Shown here: positions 1-11,810 of the stretch, piece by piece
Layout: the number at the start of each line of letters is the position of its first letter
How positions within the stretch are numbered: the stretch's first letter is position 1
Source of the DNA: Octopus vulgaris
Taxonomy: Eukaryota
Direction: 5' to 3'
Assembly (NCBI GenBank): GCA_951406725.2
Contig: OX597825.1
Span: forward strand, 69,130,001 to 69,194,000
Length of the DNA: 64,000 nucleotides
The notes under the pieces: generated by a model
The model's database searches: none
Seen by the model: the letters and a program-made list of their open reading frames with translations, nothing else
Told to the model about the DNA's origin: nothing
Made by a program: the position numbers and the translations under genes

Positions 1-167
1 ATCATTTCTATTCTGTGTAAGTCGGACCTTTTTATATGCACATTATTTGTATTAAATGTATTGAATATTTTTGAATATCGAATAGCCTAACTTGCTTGTC
101 CTTACCCTCTCTCTCCCCTCTCTTTCTCTCTATATATAAACATATAAATATATATACACGCATACAC

Positions 168-320
168 ACGATGGGCTTCTTTCAGTTTCCGTCTACAAAA
201 TCCACTCTAAAGGCAGTGGTCGGTCTGGGTCTATAGTGAAAGAAATCATACACCATGTGTCACGCAGTCGCATTAAATCCGGTTGTGGTTGCGAAGCTAA
301 CCTCTTACCATTCAGCCACA
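168..320 (-). mobile_element. Degenerate 5' half of tRNA-derived SINE family A
   Basis: Matches the reverse complement of the family A head (gggcttctttcagtttccgtctac..aaatccactc) seen in full copies elsewhere in the window. Confidence 0.7.
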
Positions 321-771
321 ACATGATAAATATGAAGACGGCCTTAATTTTTCTGTAAAGAATCGTAACCAAAGTCAGTTCATAACTTATCTGAAATCTT
401 TCATCTTTGCTTAAATACGTTAGAATTGCATAACATTCCGGCTATCTGAGAATCACTCAGGAGCTCGTCACATCAAACAAAAGCAGCGTCGTATTAGAAC
501 GCGTCAACAATGTACATAACTCGTATATGTTAAATATTCAATGAAAATAAACTTCCTGATGTCGTCGGATATGAAAGACCGTATGACTTCAGCTCTGTAT
601 TAAAAATCTTCAATAATAAATTGTGCTTACCAATTAAATGAGACAAGTTAAGAACAATGAGATGTGTCGGAGATCATTGAACGTGTAAGTGTGTGCAGAG
701 GTTATATTCATTAAAGATATTGACTGAGAACAAAAGACCTAAATTACCTAAGACTGCCTAAATTTAAACAT

Positions 772-773
<2 letters not shown>

Positions 774-824
<51 letters not shown>

Positions 825-1084
825 TATATATTTGTATGTATATATATATATATTTGCATGTATATATATATATGTTTACAAATATGTATATATATATATA
901 TATATATTAAATATGTATATATTATATATATATATACATATGTAATATGTATATAGTATAATATATTATATATATAATATCTATATATACATACACACGT
1001 ATATATATATCAAAATAAATATATATAAATATATATAAGATATATATGCATATATATATATATATATATATGATATATATAATG

Positions 1085-1128
<44 letters not shown>

Positions 1129-1141
1129 GTATATACATACA

Positions 1142-1172
<31 letters not shown>
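774..1172. repeat. (TA)n/(TACA)n microsatellite
   Basis: Direct inspection. Confidence 0.95.
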
Positions 1173-1175
<3 letters not shown>

Positions 1176-1542
1176 ATGACTGCTTTTACTTTCAGTTGTG
1201 GTGAGCTATGTACTGAGACAACGAAAAGGCTGCAAAGCGCATCATATATGAATATTAAACAAAAATAATGTAGATGTTGCCCAAACATAAAGGTTTACCA
1301 ATTAGAGCCATACCTAATAGATTATTGAAACAGCCACTAAATCACGAGATTTTCTACTAGTCACCTAAGGGTTGTTATACTTTGTACTGTAAACATTGAA
1401 AAGCTAGCTTATAAGAGACGGTAATGTGACGAGAAAATGACAATGTTATTCAGTGAATAACACATATATAATCTGGAAAGTAATTGATAAAATAACTGAA
1501 ATATTTTGCTCTTATTTGAATGACGCTGTCGATCATAGAGAT

Positions 1543-1742
1543 GAGAAGAAGAAGGAGGAGGAGAAGAAGATGATTGACTAGTAGTAGTAATAGAAGAAGA
1601 AGAAGAAGGAGGAGGAAAAGAAGATGATGGAGTAGTAGTAGTAATAGAAGAAGAAGAAGAATAAGAAGTAGTAGTAAAGAAGAAGAAGAAGTAGTAGTAG
1701 TAGTAGTAGTAGTAATAGAAGAAGAAGTAGTAGTAGTAGTAA

Positions 1743-1786
<44 letters not shown>

Positions 1787-2436
1787 ATAGAAGAAGAAGA
1801 AGTAGTAATAGTAATAGAAGAAGAAGAAGAAGAATAAGTAGTAGTATTAGTAGTAATAGAAGAAGAAGGAGAAGAAGAAGTAGATGTAGTAGTAATAGAA
1901 GAAGGAGAGGAAGAAGAAGAAGTAGTAGTAATAGAAGAAGAAGGAGAAGAAGAAGTAGCTGTAGTAGTAATAGAAGAAGGAGTGGAAGAAGAAGTAGTAG
2001 TAGTAATAGAAGAAGAAGAAGAAGAAGTAGTAGTAGTAATAGTAATAAAAGAAGAAGAAGTAGTAGTTGTAGTAGTAATAGATAAGAACAAGAAGAAGTA
2101 GTAGTAGTAGTACTAATAGAAGAAGCAGAGGAAGAAGAAATAGTAGTAATAGAAGAAAAAAAAGAAGAAATAGTAGTTGTAGTAGTAATAGAAGAAGAAG
2201 AAGAAGAGGAAGTAGTAGTAGTTATAGAAGAAGAAGAAGAGGAAGTAGTAGTAGTAATAGAAGAAGAAGATGAAGATGAAGATGAAGATGAAATAGTAGT
2301 AGTAGTAGTAGTAGAAGAAGAAGAAGTAGAGGAAGAAAGGAAAGAAGAATAATGAAAAAGTAGAAGTAGGAGAAAAAGAAGGTGAAGATGAAAAAGAAGA
2401 TGAAGTAGTAGTAGTAGTAGTAGATGAAGATGAAGA
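1543..2436. repeat. Compound (GAA)n/(GTA)n/ATA triplet repeat
   Basis: About 900 bp of alternating gaa and gta runs, almost no C on the + strand. Confidence 0.95.
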
Positions 2437-2782
2437 TGTGTGTGTGTGCGTGTGTGTGAGTGTGTGTGTGCGTTTGTCTGTGTGTTTGTTTTATTTTATT
2501 TTCAGTTATAATAATAACAATTTTACATTAATGGCGGTGCCCCAGCATGGCCACAGCTCGTGAGCTGAAACTAGATAAGATATAAAATATAAAATATATA
2601 GTGTGGTGGTTTACTCTATACTTTTTGTAGAGCACGGATCTAATCTTATACAAAAGTGTTGTTGACAGTGACTTCGAAATTTCGAATAGCTAAGCCATTG
2701 CTGACGAAGTCTTAATTGGCTGAAACTTCAAAGTCGCCGTTAGCAACATTCTCGTAGAGGAATAATAAATAAATAGATAGAT

Positions 2783-3126
2783 AGGCGCAGGCGTGGCTAT
2801 GTGGTAAGTAGCTTGCTAACCAACCACATGGTTCCGGGTTCAGTCCCACTGCGTGGGACCTTGGGCAAGTGTCTTCTGCTATAGCCCCGGGCCGACCAAT
2901 GCCTTGTGAGTGGATTTGGTAGACGGAAACTGAAAGAAGCCTGTCGTATATATGTATATATATGTGTGTGTGTTTGTGTGTCTGTGTTTGTCCCCCTAGC
3001 ATTCCTTGACAACCGATGCTGGTGTGTTTACGTCCCCGTCACTAAGCGGTTCGGCAAAAGAGACCGATAGAATAAGTACTGGACTTACAAAAGAATAAGT
3101 CCCGGGGTCGAGTTGCTCGATTAAAG
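2783..3126 (+). mobile_element. tRNA-derived SINE family A, 3' end truncated
   Basis: A-box-like tggctatgtggt, B-box-like ggttcagtccc, CORE-like accttgggcaagt, internal TA/TG microsatellite; over 10 related copies in the window. Confidence 0.9.
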
Positions 3127-3164
3127 ATAGTTAATTACATTAATCAAAATCCTCAATTGCAACA

Positions 3165-3300
3165 GTTCGAATATTTGCTACTACCACCGAGATCTGCACC
3201 CGAGGTCGGTTTCACCCGGGTTCGCGCCCGTGGCTTCCATGCACGCCGCGGCGCCCTCCTACTCGACCGGGCATCGGAAAGTCACCTCGCCGGCGATCGC
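3165..3300 (-). rRNA. 28S (LSU) rRNA fragment, non-functional dispersed copy
   Basis: Reverse complement reads gagtaggaggg...gggtgcagatctcggtggtagtagcaaatattcgaac, matching the conserved eukaryotic LSU motif GGTGCAGATCTTGGTGGTAGTAGCAAATATTCAAAC; GC-rich island. Confidence 0.85.
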
Positions 3301-4694
3301 GCAACGTTTTATCGACCCTGAAGGACGAAAGGCAAGTCTGCCTCGGCATAAATGTGGATCTGTGGACGTACGTTTTATACGTAAATTTAGAAGCACACAC
3401 ATGCACACGTACACACGTATATATATACGTATATGCAAATATCCATATGTGTGTGTCTTTGTATATGTGTGTATGCCTGTATGTTCGATCAAATAGAAAT
3501 CCAGTGTTGAAACCAAGTAGTTGTGCATTATGTATCTAGGATACCAGCATACATAGAAGATGTGTTTCATTATTCGCCTCCCATGTTGCTGGCCTGGATA
3601 TAAGTATATATCACAGGATGATGTGGGCTCTAGATATTTAATTTAAGGCCCGATTTTAAATTGTTTTTGAGTTTACTGAGTATTGTTTTTGGTGTAGTTG
3701 ATTTTACAGTTGTTTAGCTTCGAATGAATTCTGACCTGGCAGACAATTTATAAAATATCTTTTATGAAATGCCTTTCACCCATTATCATTTGTATCGTAA
3801 TTTCACGCATATTATAGCTACGACAAGCTTAAACAATTGGCTGTCATTTTGAAAGATAGAGATTGTAGCTTAAATTATATTTAAGTGCTATTTCTCGCAG
3901 ATCGTGTGACGTCTACGGCTTGACAAATGAGTCTAAACCCAATTCGTGGTAAGTAATTGCAAATTGTGGCGTTACAAGAAATGACAACGGTGGCCGTTGC
4001 GTATTCACTTACTGTCCACTTTTCACCGAACCAATGGCTTATATCGATCGAAATGTAATGCATTCTTGGCATCAATGTTTATAATCCTGCATCAAATAGA
4101 ATATGTTTGCTAAACATTTCCTTGAAAAAAAAAAAAACACAAAACAAATAAAATAAAAACAAACAATAATACCCGAGAATCTGAAAATCAATGTTTGAAA
4201 GGTCTACATACAGAATGGTTTGCCTGTGTTAATAATATGTTCTTGGATGAAGAACATAAGAACAAATACATACTAATAAAAGGATGACAAGATGAATATA
4301 TTCTTGACTTTTGTAATGGCGTTTACCTTTGTGCATACGGTAATAAGAACGCATGCGCAAGTAGCGCATATTTAGAAGTGAGTATTCATGTCGCCTGAAC
4401 GTATAAATTGCACCCACGTTCGTGTATTAAACATTGGTCAGTGTTTGCTTCTGATAAATATATTATCCCATGAGATGAACAGCAGTCCTTGCCTGTCAAC
4501 TCCATTCAATAAGTTTGTTAGTTTGTCAGAAAATTTATCATTTGCGTTTCTTTAAGGGGATGCTGCGTGTACATAAGATAAGCAACACTTGCATTCGAGT
4601 GTACATTTAGAATTTCAGAAATAGTTTATCATCTACTTGAAGGTCAAAACTAAATTTTCGAAACTAATCGACAAATGTAAGCAACAGAAGTTTA

Positions 4695-5720
4695 CAGGGT
4701 GTCCACAAAACCTTTAGACAATTTCAAAAATTCATTACGAAAAACTAAGACGAAGGGGAAACGAAACTTTTTAACGGTATTAATAGTTTTATTAATGCTA
4801 AGACTACGCGCCTTCATTGGTCAGTTAAAGTTGAGACAGTGTCACGTGACAACTTGCTGGGGCTGCCTGCTGGAGCCTAGCGGCAGGTATTTAAAGGGAA
4901 AATATTTGACAATGCAGTCAGTCGCCGGCTGACACTCGTTGAGGCTACACCGAAGAGACCAGGGAACAGAAGAAAGAAGACGTGCACCCAACACCAGAGC
5001 TGAAGACACCTCCGAAAGGGGGGAGGCGCGAGGTCAAAACGGTAGAGGAGAAGGAGCCGAAACCGGACGTGGTTCCTCCTGATGATGTCTTGAGCTAACT
5101 GGATCCTATAAAGGAGCTGTTGTGGTAGCAGACCACGAAACACGGTTGTAATTCCTCCTGTCTTATACGGCAATTAATGTTGATTTAATTTCTCAGATAA
5201 TGACTACGCCACAGGAAAAGGCACAATATGTGACTTGGTTTATCGAATGAAATTCGGATATTCAAGCACAAAGAAATTACACAGCTAAATATGGAAAACA
5301 AGCTTTGGCATGTCAGTCGATACACAGCTGGCATAAGCAGTTTATGGTAACGGAGACGGTGCTACATAAACCGAAGGCTGGAGAGCGAAGAACATCAGAA
5401 GATACTGAGAGCATCTGTCAGTCATTTCAACGGTCCCCATATGAGTCCATCTGTACTGATTCCACTCAACTGCAGCTATCGCCATCACCAATTTATTGAA
5501 GCGTTATGCATATAAAATTCAATTCTTGTCAGCAATTAAGGTAAATGACAAACCGCAAAGAAAAACATTTGTTGTTACCCTCCTGCAAAAATCGAAGAAA
5601 GTGACTTCCTTAATCACATATCCTCTACGGATGAAGCAAACTTCCCTATGTCCGAAAAACTCAATATGCAAGATTTTGGTGATCGATCGGAAAATCATCA
5701 TATCACTAGATAATATACTA
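4695..5720 (+). mobile_element. Tc1/mariner-superfamily relic with DUF4817-type transposase N-terminus, 3' truncated
   Basis: TA|CAGGGTGTCC left end; frame from 5200 reads MTTPQEKAQYVTWFIE*NSDIQAQRNY...SWHKQFMVTETVLHKP...FQRSP, then [10 protein letters not shown] after a frameshift; no right TIR seen. Confidence 0.75.
4840..5172. mobile_element. GC-richer insert inside the Tc1/mariner 5' region, possible solo LTR
   Basis: Starts TGTCACGTGACA, ends ACGGCA (TG...CA), composition shift; no TSD found. Confidence 0.35.
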
Positions 5721-5747
5721 CACACATATATATATGTATATATATTT

Positions 5748-5934
5748 CATTTTATTTTATCTACTTTCAGCTCACGAGCTGTGGCCATGCTGGGACACCG
5801 CCATTCGGTGTTGCTACATGATTTTACTTCACGAATGGTTTTTAGTAATTGCCATTTGATGCATGAGAGAGTTCGATGCACTTGCCTCATCTGCATCTCC
5901 TGCCGTGAAGTTGGTTCATCTGGGACACCTGACA
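5748..5934 (-). mobile_element. 3' end of CR1/L2-type LINE
   Basis: Minus strand encodes [17 protein letters not shown]..(SNSLMHQ), typical ORF2 C-terminus, then tail ggcggtgtcccagcatggccacagctcgtgagctgaaa. Confidence 0.7.
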
Positions 5935-5964
5935 AATATATATATATATATATATATATTTGTT

Positions 5965-6064
<100 letters not shown>

Positions 6065-7048
6065 TATGTACATACATACATACATACATACATACATACA
6101 TACATACATGCACACATTGATACATTCACACGCATATTAAAAGCTATTCACGACAATAATGCAAGAAAAAATAAACTTGGAAAGAAAATATATCAATCCA
6201 AATTTTGTTAACAATAAATAAAAAATCAGAACTTTTATATATCATTAAAATGATAATAGAATTTCTGAACTCCTCTGTATATTATGTTTCAATTAATTAG
6301 CTTTATCAATGCTCAACGTGTTTTTTCGTTAAAATCCTGTTCGCTTTCTTTGTCTGTCTTTTTCTATCTCTGTCTCTTTGATTTTCTTTCTCCCTCTCTT
6401 TCTCTCTTTTATAAAATGTTATGCTTCGTTGCTAGTGTATTTCATCGGAGCTACAATGTATTTCAATGAATTAAAACTGGTCCCAAATAAAAAGCGGACC
6501 ATCCTAAGGGCGTGATTCTGATTTTAATGCCCGCTTCATTGCCTCCTTCTCTTTAATATCAATTTTTATTAGCTTAAGTTTTACGATCCATTCAGTTAAG
6601 TACGTTAGCAGCGATTTTACAACTTCCGCCCAAACAAAGACGTAGAAATAGCATGTAGAATTGTGAAGCGGTAAAGCGTTCAGATGTACAACGCAAGGAC
6701 AATAGAAGCTTCATTTGCACCGTTCAGCTACATTACAAAACAACGAAGGCCAGTTTTTGTTCAAAGAGACCGCTAACTTCATACATGGTTGTATTGTAAA
6801 ACCAGGTAGCTTATTAATACTAGTATTGAATAACCAGGTCTCTTATTATTATTACTACGACTTGGTAGAATCATTAGCAATCTGCACAAAATGCTTTGCA
6901 GGATTTCTTCAGAGTTTTCGATGTGAGTTCCAATTCCATCGAGGCCGACTTCGCTTTTCATTTTTTGGGGGGTCGATAAAATAAGTACTAGCTGAGTATC
7001 GGGGTCGACGCAATTGATTTGTCCTTCCCTTGATATTCTTGCTCTTCT

Positions 7049-7285
7049 GCTAATATTTGAAACCAATATTAGTCGAAATCCATTTCCTTTTTCTCTCATT
7101 AGTTATACGTGTATGTTTTGTGTCTGTGTGTGCGCATATATATATATATATATATATATGCATACACACATACGTACGCATACACACATACGTACGCATA
7201 CACGAGACATACACGAGACATACACGTATAACTAATGAGAGAAAAAGGAAAGGGATTTTGACTAATATTCGTTTCAAATATTAGC
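7049..7285. repeat. Inverted repeat, ~68-bp arms (7049-7116 / 7218-7285) around a microsatellite
   Basis: Arms are reverse complements with a few mismatches. Confidence 0.9.
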
Positions 7286-7289
7286 GAGA

Positions 7290-7328
<39 letters not shown>

Positions 7329-7345
7329 CTTATATATATAGCAAG

Positions 7346-7387
<42 letters not shown>

Positions 7388-7405
7388 CTTATATATATAG
7401 CAAGA

Positions 7406-7446
<41 letters not shown>

Positions 7447-7489
7447 TATATATATAGCAAGAATCATATATTTATATATATATATATAT

Positions 7490-7700
7490 AGTTCAAATTT
7501 ACAGAAAATAAAAGACCAAGACAAGTGTAGGAACAACATGCAGGTGTATTGGTTTAACGCTCGGGAAGAATGGGAAAGTCTTTTATATTTCGAGCCTACG
7601 TTCTTCGTCAGAAAAGATTAAGAGCTGAAAAAAAGAACCGAGTGAGAATGAAAATAAAAAAAAAACGGACAGAAAGAAAAATGTGCAAAGTTCAACGGTC
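7490..7700 (-). mobile_element. PLE 3'/pLTR fragment with hammerhead-like motif (7579-7617)
   Basis: Minus strand tctttt-CTGACGA-agaacgtaggctc-GAA-ATAT-A-aaaga; related to copies at 13771 and 54775. Confidence 0.6.
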
Positions 7701-7703
7701 CAA

Positions 7704-7736
<33 letters not shown>

Positions 7737-8001
7737 CTTCGACATTTCGGCTAATTAACCGTCGTTGAATTGTCCGACAAAGGCTAGATGGCCGAAATTG
7801 TGAAGTCTTTGTCACTCCACTTCCAAAAATATATGAAACAACGTACTCTTGAACAGGTATTGACTAATTCTTCAGTTTACTAACAAGTACCTTTATTATT
7901 ATTATTTCCAAGTTTATGTTCTCTTGAATTATTGTCGTGAATATCTTTTAATATGTGTGAGAATGTATGTATATATGTGTATATATATGTATGTATGTAT
8001 G

Positions 8002-8035
<34 letters not shown>

Positions 8036-8159
8036 TGTATGTATGTACATAAGCACACCCACACACACACAAACGCACACATATACACACATATATAACT
8101 CGATATAAAAGCAAACATTAAAAGATGTGTGATGTTTGTGTATGTACAATGACAATAAA

Positions 8160-8406
8160 TGCGCCCTTTTAAAGCCTAACCAGGTTCAGGGGCCCGCTTT
8201 CCCGGTTTCAATGGTGTATGTGTTCCCCAACTGGACGGGACGCCAGTCCATTACAGCGTTACTCATTTTTGCCAGCCGAGTGGACTGGAGCAACGTGAAA
8301 TGAAGTGTTATGCTCAAGAACACAACGTGTCGCCCAGTCCAGGAATCGAAACCACAATCTTACGATCATGGTGCTGACACCCTAACCACTAAGTCACGCG
8401 CCTCCA
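8160..8406 (-). mobile_element. tRNA-derived SINE family C
   Basis: Minus strand head tggaggcgcgtgacttagtggttaggg...ggtttcgattcc; related copies at 29290-29630 (-) and 37665-37960 (+). Confidence 0.75.
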
Positions 8407-9106
8407 TATTTGTGTATGTATGTCAGTATAATCAACTAGACTTAGTTTTGAGTGTACGATTTTTTCTAATCAGTTTTGATATATTATTTATTTAACACGT
8501 TAGAATAATGAAACTTGATATATGCAAGGGAAAACGCTCCAAATAAATGTATTCGCACACAGCTTTCTTGTATAAATAATTACCCTAAAGTATTTTAACG
8601 CCATGCAAGATTTGTATTACGTTTGACATTCAATGACATTTTTCACACATACGGTTTTGTTGATTAAATATTATGTATTCCATAATAACTGGAAAAAGAA
8701 TGTACGTGTTGCAGCTTCCACACCTATACACAGACACTAACATACTCACACGCGTGCACACTCAAATACTAGCAAACACCTTATATAATATATTAGTTAA
8801 ATATGATTGTTGTTAACTTAAATTGTATTCTGCCTAAGACAACTATCAGGTAAGCATTTATTGTAGAATTTTTATAAAAAAAACAAATTACCTGAAATTT
8901 TCTCTGATGATTGCATTCAGGGCGTGAAACTTAAAGTTATGTAACAATAATCTGTAAATGAGACATGATTAGTACACGAACTCTTCTAATTAATAATTCT
9001 CCTTATTTTTGTCACGAAATTATAATGTAAATCATTAGGTAGAGTAGAATAGTTAGTGGGCTGTTACGTAGATGTATGTATGTATGTTTGTATGTATGTA
9101 TGCATG

Positions 9107-9171
<65 letters not shown>

Positions 9172-9463
9172 GTAGATAGATGTATGTATGTCTGTGTGGG
9201 TAGGTAGGTGTATGAATATATATTAATATATGTATATGCACATGTATGTAAGTATATGGATATGAAAGTAAACAGATCAATATACAGACGGATAGTTACA
9301 TAGGTTATTTGAACAAACATACACACATATGCAAATGAAGACTGAAACACATAACCATATATACACACACATACACTTTACTTCACACAAGGACACATAC
9401 GGAGACACACGTCCACACAGATGGAGATGCACATCCGTACATACAAACACGGTACATAGTTGC

Positions 9464-9504
<41 letters not shown>

Positions 9505-9537
9505 CTTCATATACCAACAACATATAGCATAATGTTA

Positions 9538-9760
9538 AGGCAACGAGCTGGCAGAATCGTCAGCACACCGGGCAAACAGCTTAGCGGCATTTCGTGCGTC
9601 TTTAGGTTCTGAGTTCAAATCCCAGCGAGGTCAACCTTGTCTTTCGTCCTTTCGGGTTCGATAAAATAAGTACTAGTTGAGTAATGGAGTCAATATAATC
9701 GACTTGCTTCACCCCACTCCCCCGAAATTAATGGCCTTGTGCTAAAATCTGAAATCAAAT
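9538..9760 (+). mobile_element. Diverged SINE family B
   Basis: aggcaacgagctggcagaatcg...ctgagttcaaat...ctttcgggttcgataaaataagtac. Confidence 0.75.
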
Positions 9761-9908
9761 ATGTAACGTAACATCAATAAATATCGCCACTATAATGATA
9801 TCGGCTTTTCATAGCTTATTGTGGAAATGAGTTCTCTATTAAAACAGCCCTTCTTTTCCGGCAGATGTTGACTTACAAATATTCAGGCTGAACATGAATG
9901 GCATCACC

Positions 9909-10323
9909 GGATCTTTTCGGTTTGACCAGCAGTTTTTTCTAGCGGTGTCATATGAAATTGTCACCCATAGTTATGACCCTAGTATCGATCTATTGCACTT
10001 CAATATGTTTTAGAGTTAGGGTTAGGTTTGGGGGGAAGAATATATTTTTTTCTTCAGAAATGTAAATAAACACAATCTGTTTATTAAACGAGGGACATAT
10101 TCATACGGCTCAGAATGATTTTACCTCAATGGACGTAATTGATTGGTTGAAATTGCAGAAATTGAAGAAAAAAACAACAAATATCTTACAAACTATAGAA
10201 TTTTCTCTATAAAGCCAAGAGAAAAAGATGTTTTATAAACACATTCTACCAGTATACGAAGTTTAACATTTTTTAGCTACCTAGAAATTATGTTAAAAAC
10301 TGCCGTTCAAACCGAAAAGATCC
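9909..10323. mobile_element. MITE with ~29-bp TIRs and 8-bp TSD, Merlin-like
   Basis: TIR GGATCTTTTCGGTTTGA.C.GCAGTTTTT / AAAAACTGCCGTTCAAACCGAAAAGATCC; TSD GCATCACC at 9901-9908 and 10324-10331; GG..CC ends; superfamily assignment is inference. Confidence 0.85.
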
Positions 10324-11247
10324 GCATCACCTGTGAAAGTTATATTCTTTAATACCTCCTTCATGTCGAGCAAGGACGAAGTGAAAAAGCACATTTTTCT
10401 GTAGTTCTTCCTATAAATTGCGGCTTACACCATTTCTGTGCGTATAACTACTTCACCACCGAGTTATACTCATCCAGGTATGCTTAATTGTCAATCACGC
10501 GAAATGTACTATAAACTTAGCATTGCAGTTGTCACGAACTCATTAGACGTTCGACCAACATTGATAACCATGAGATTGAAAAAGTAAAGACGAAAAAAAA
10601 ATGGAGGAAGGAAACAATTATAATAACGCTGCGTGTAAAATATATAAAAGCGACAGAACAGTCTATACGCAGTTGTCGTTACTGAATTTATGAACCAATA
10701 ACCCTGCGGTGATGATGATGTTAACAATAGTAATAGCAATAGGTTTTTGTATGCCTTTGGAAATGTCAGATTTATTATCCTTTCAAAGAAGAAATAGATT
10801 AAAGAAAGAAAAATAAAAAAAACGAAAAGATAAAAGAAAATCATTCACAAGAGAAAAACGGAATAAATCCTGGTAATAGTAGAAATGGCATGAGTTCCTC
10901 TTAGATTTGAATCCGGTAAAGCTTGAAATTGCAAACAATTTCAGCACACATGCAGTTCCGCTAAAAGATAATCGTGTTGCGTTAATCACAAATGACATGG
11001 TGACAATTGTACTGAATGAACTTATTTTAGACATTGTTTACGAATGGAATATACGGAATAAGTAGAGAACACAGTTGACCGAGTCGACTTGACGAAATTA
11101 AACCCTTTTGTTATCATTTTCCCGTTGAAATACACTGTATTAGTTCGAATGAATTTTGAAAATAATGCAGGATTTAGTAATACTTCTTTATCATTATTAA
11201 GCTGGCGTATGGAACGTAAATAAATGCGAAATATTGATAGAAGATAA

Positions 11248-11810
11248 AAAACACACGCACTATATATTTGGTGTTAATTTGCTTCAACTTTATTTATTTT
11301 TACGCTAATCTAAACAAATCTAAAAACCTAATAAAATACACAGATAAACGATTGGAATTAAATAACTATATACATTAACAAAATTAAAAAAAGTTAATTT
11401 AATTAATTAAATACAAAAAAATAAGGAGGTGTAAACACATGAACAAAATAAACAATAACAAATTACACGAACGTGTATAAACAGGAGATACAAATATTAC
11501 AGGCACTTCCCCCCTACACACTAACTAAACATAGACACACAAAGAGGTATACGCATGCGCAAATAAAGACACATACAATAGGAATACAAAATGCAAAATG
11601 GCTGATCGTTACTAAGGAGAGACACACAAATAAGAAAGAAGAAAGCAAAGACCACTGATGAGGTCACAGGAGTGTGACGAAAGAACTCTGGCCGAAATAA
11701 GATTAATGTAAAAAATAAATAAAGCTGAAGCAAATTAACACCAAATATATAGTGCGTGTGTTTTATTGGCAACATGACCATTCCTAAATACAACATCTGT
11801 TTCAACACAC
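11248..11810 (+). mobile_element. PLE-like 3' fragment with ~65-bp inverted copy at its 5' side
   Basis: 11248-11311 is the reverse complement of 11700-11764; CTGATGA-ggtca...tggcc-GAAA motif at ~11655-11698 (stem I not evident). Confidence 0.55.

Noticed and set aside
1450-2091. 213-aa Ser/Thr/Leu-rich ORF
   Set aside because: Translation of a (GAA/GTA)n microsatellite
10010-10035. Interstitial telomere or fusion site
   Set aside because: Only 2-3 units and they lie inside a TSD-bounded MITE
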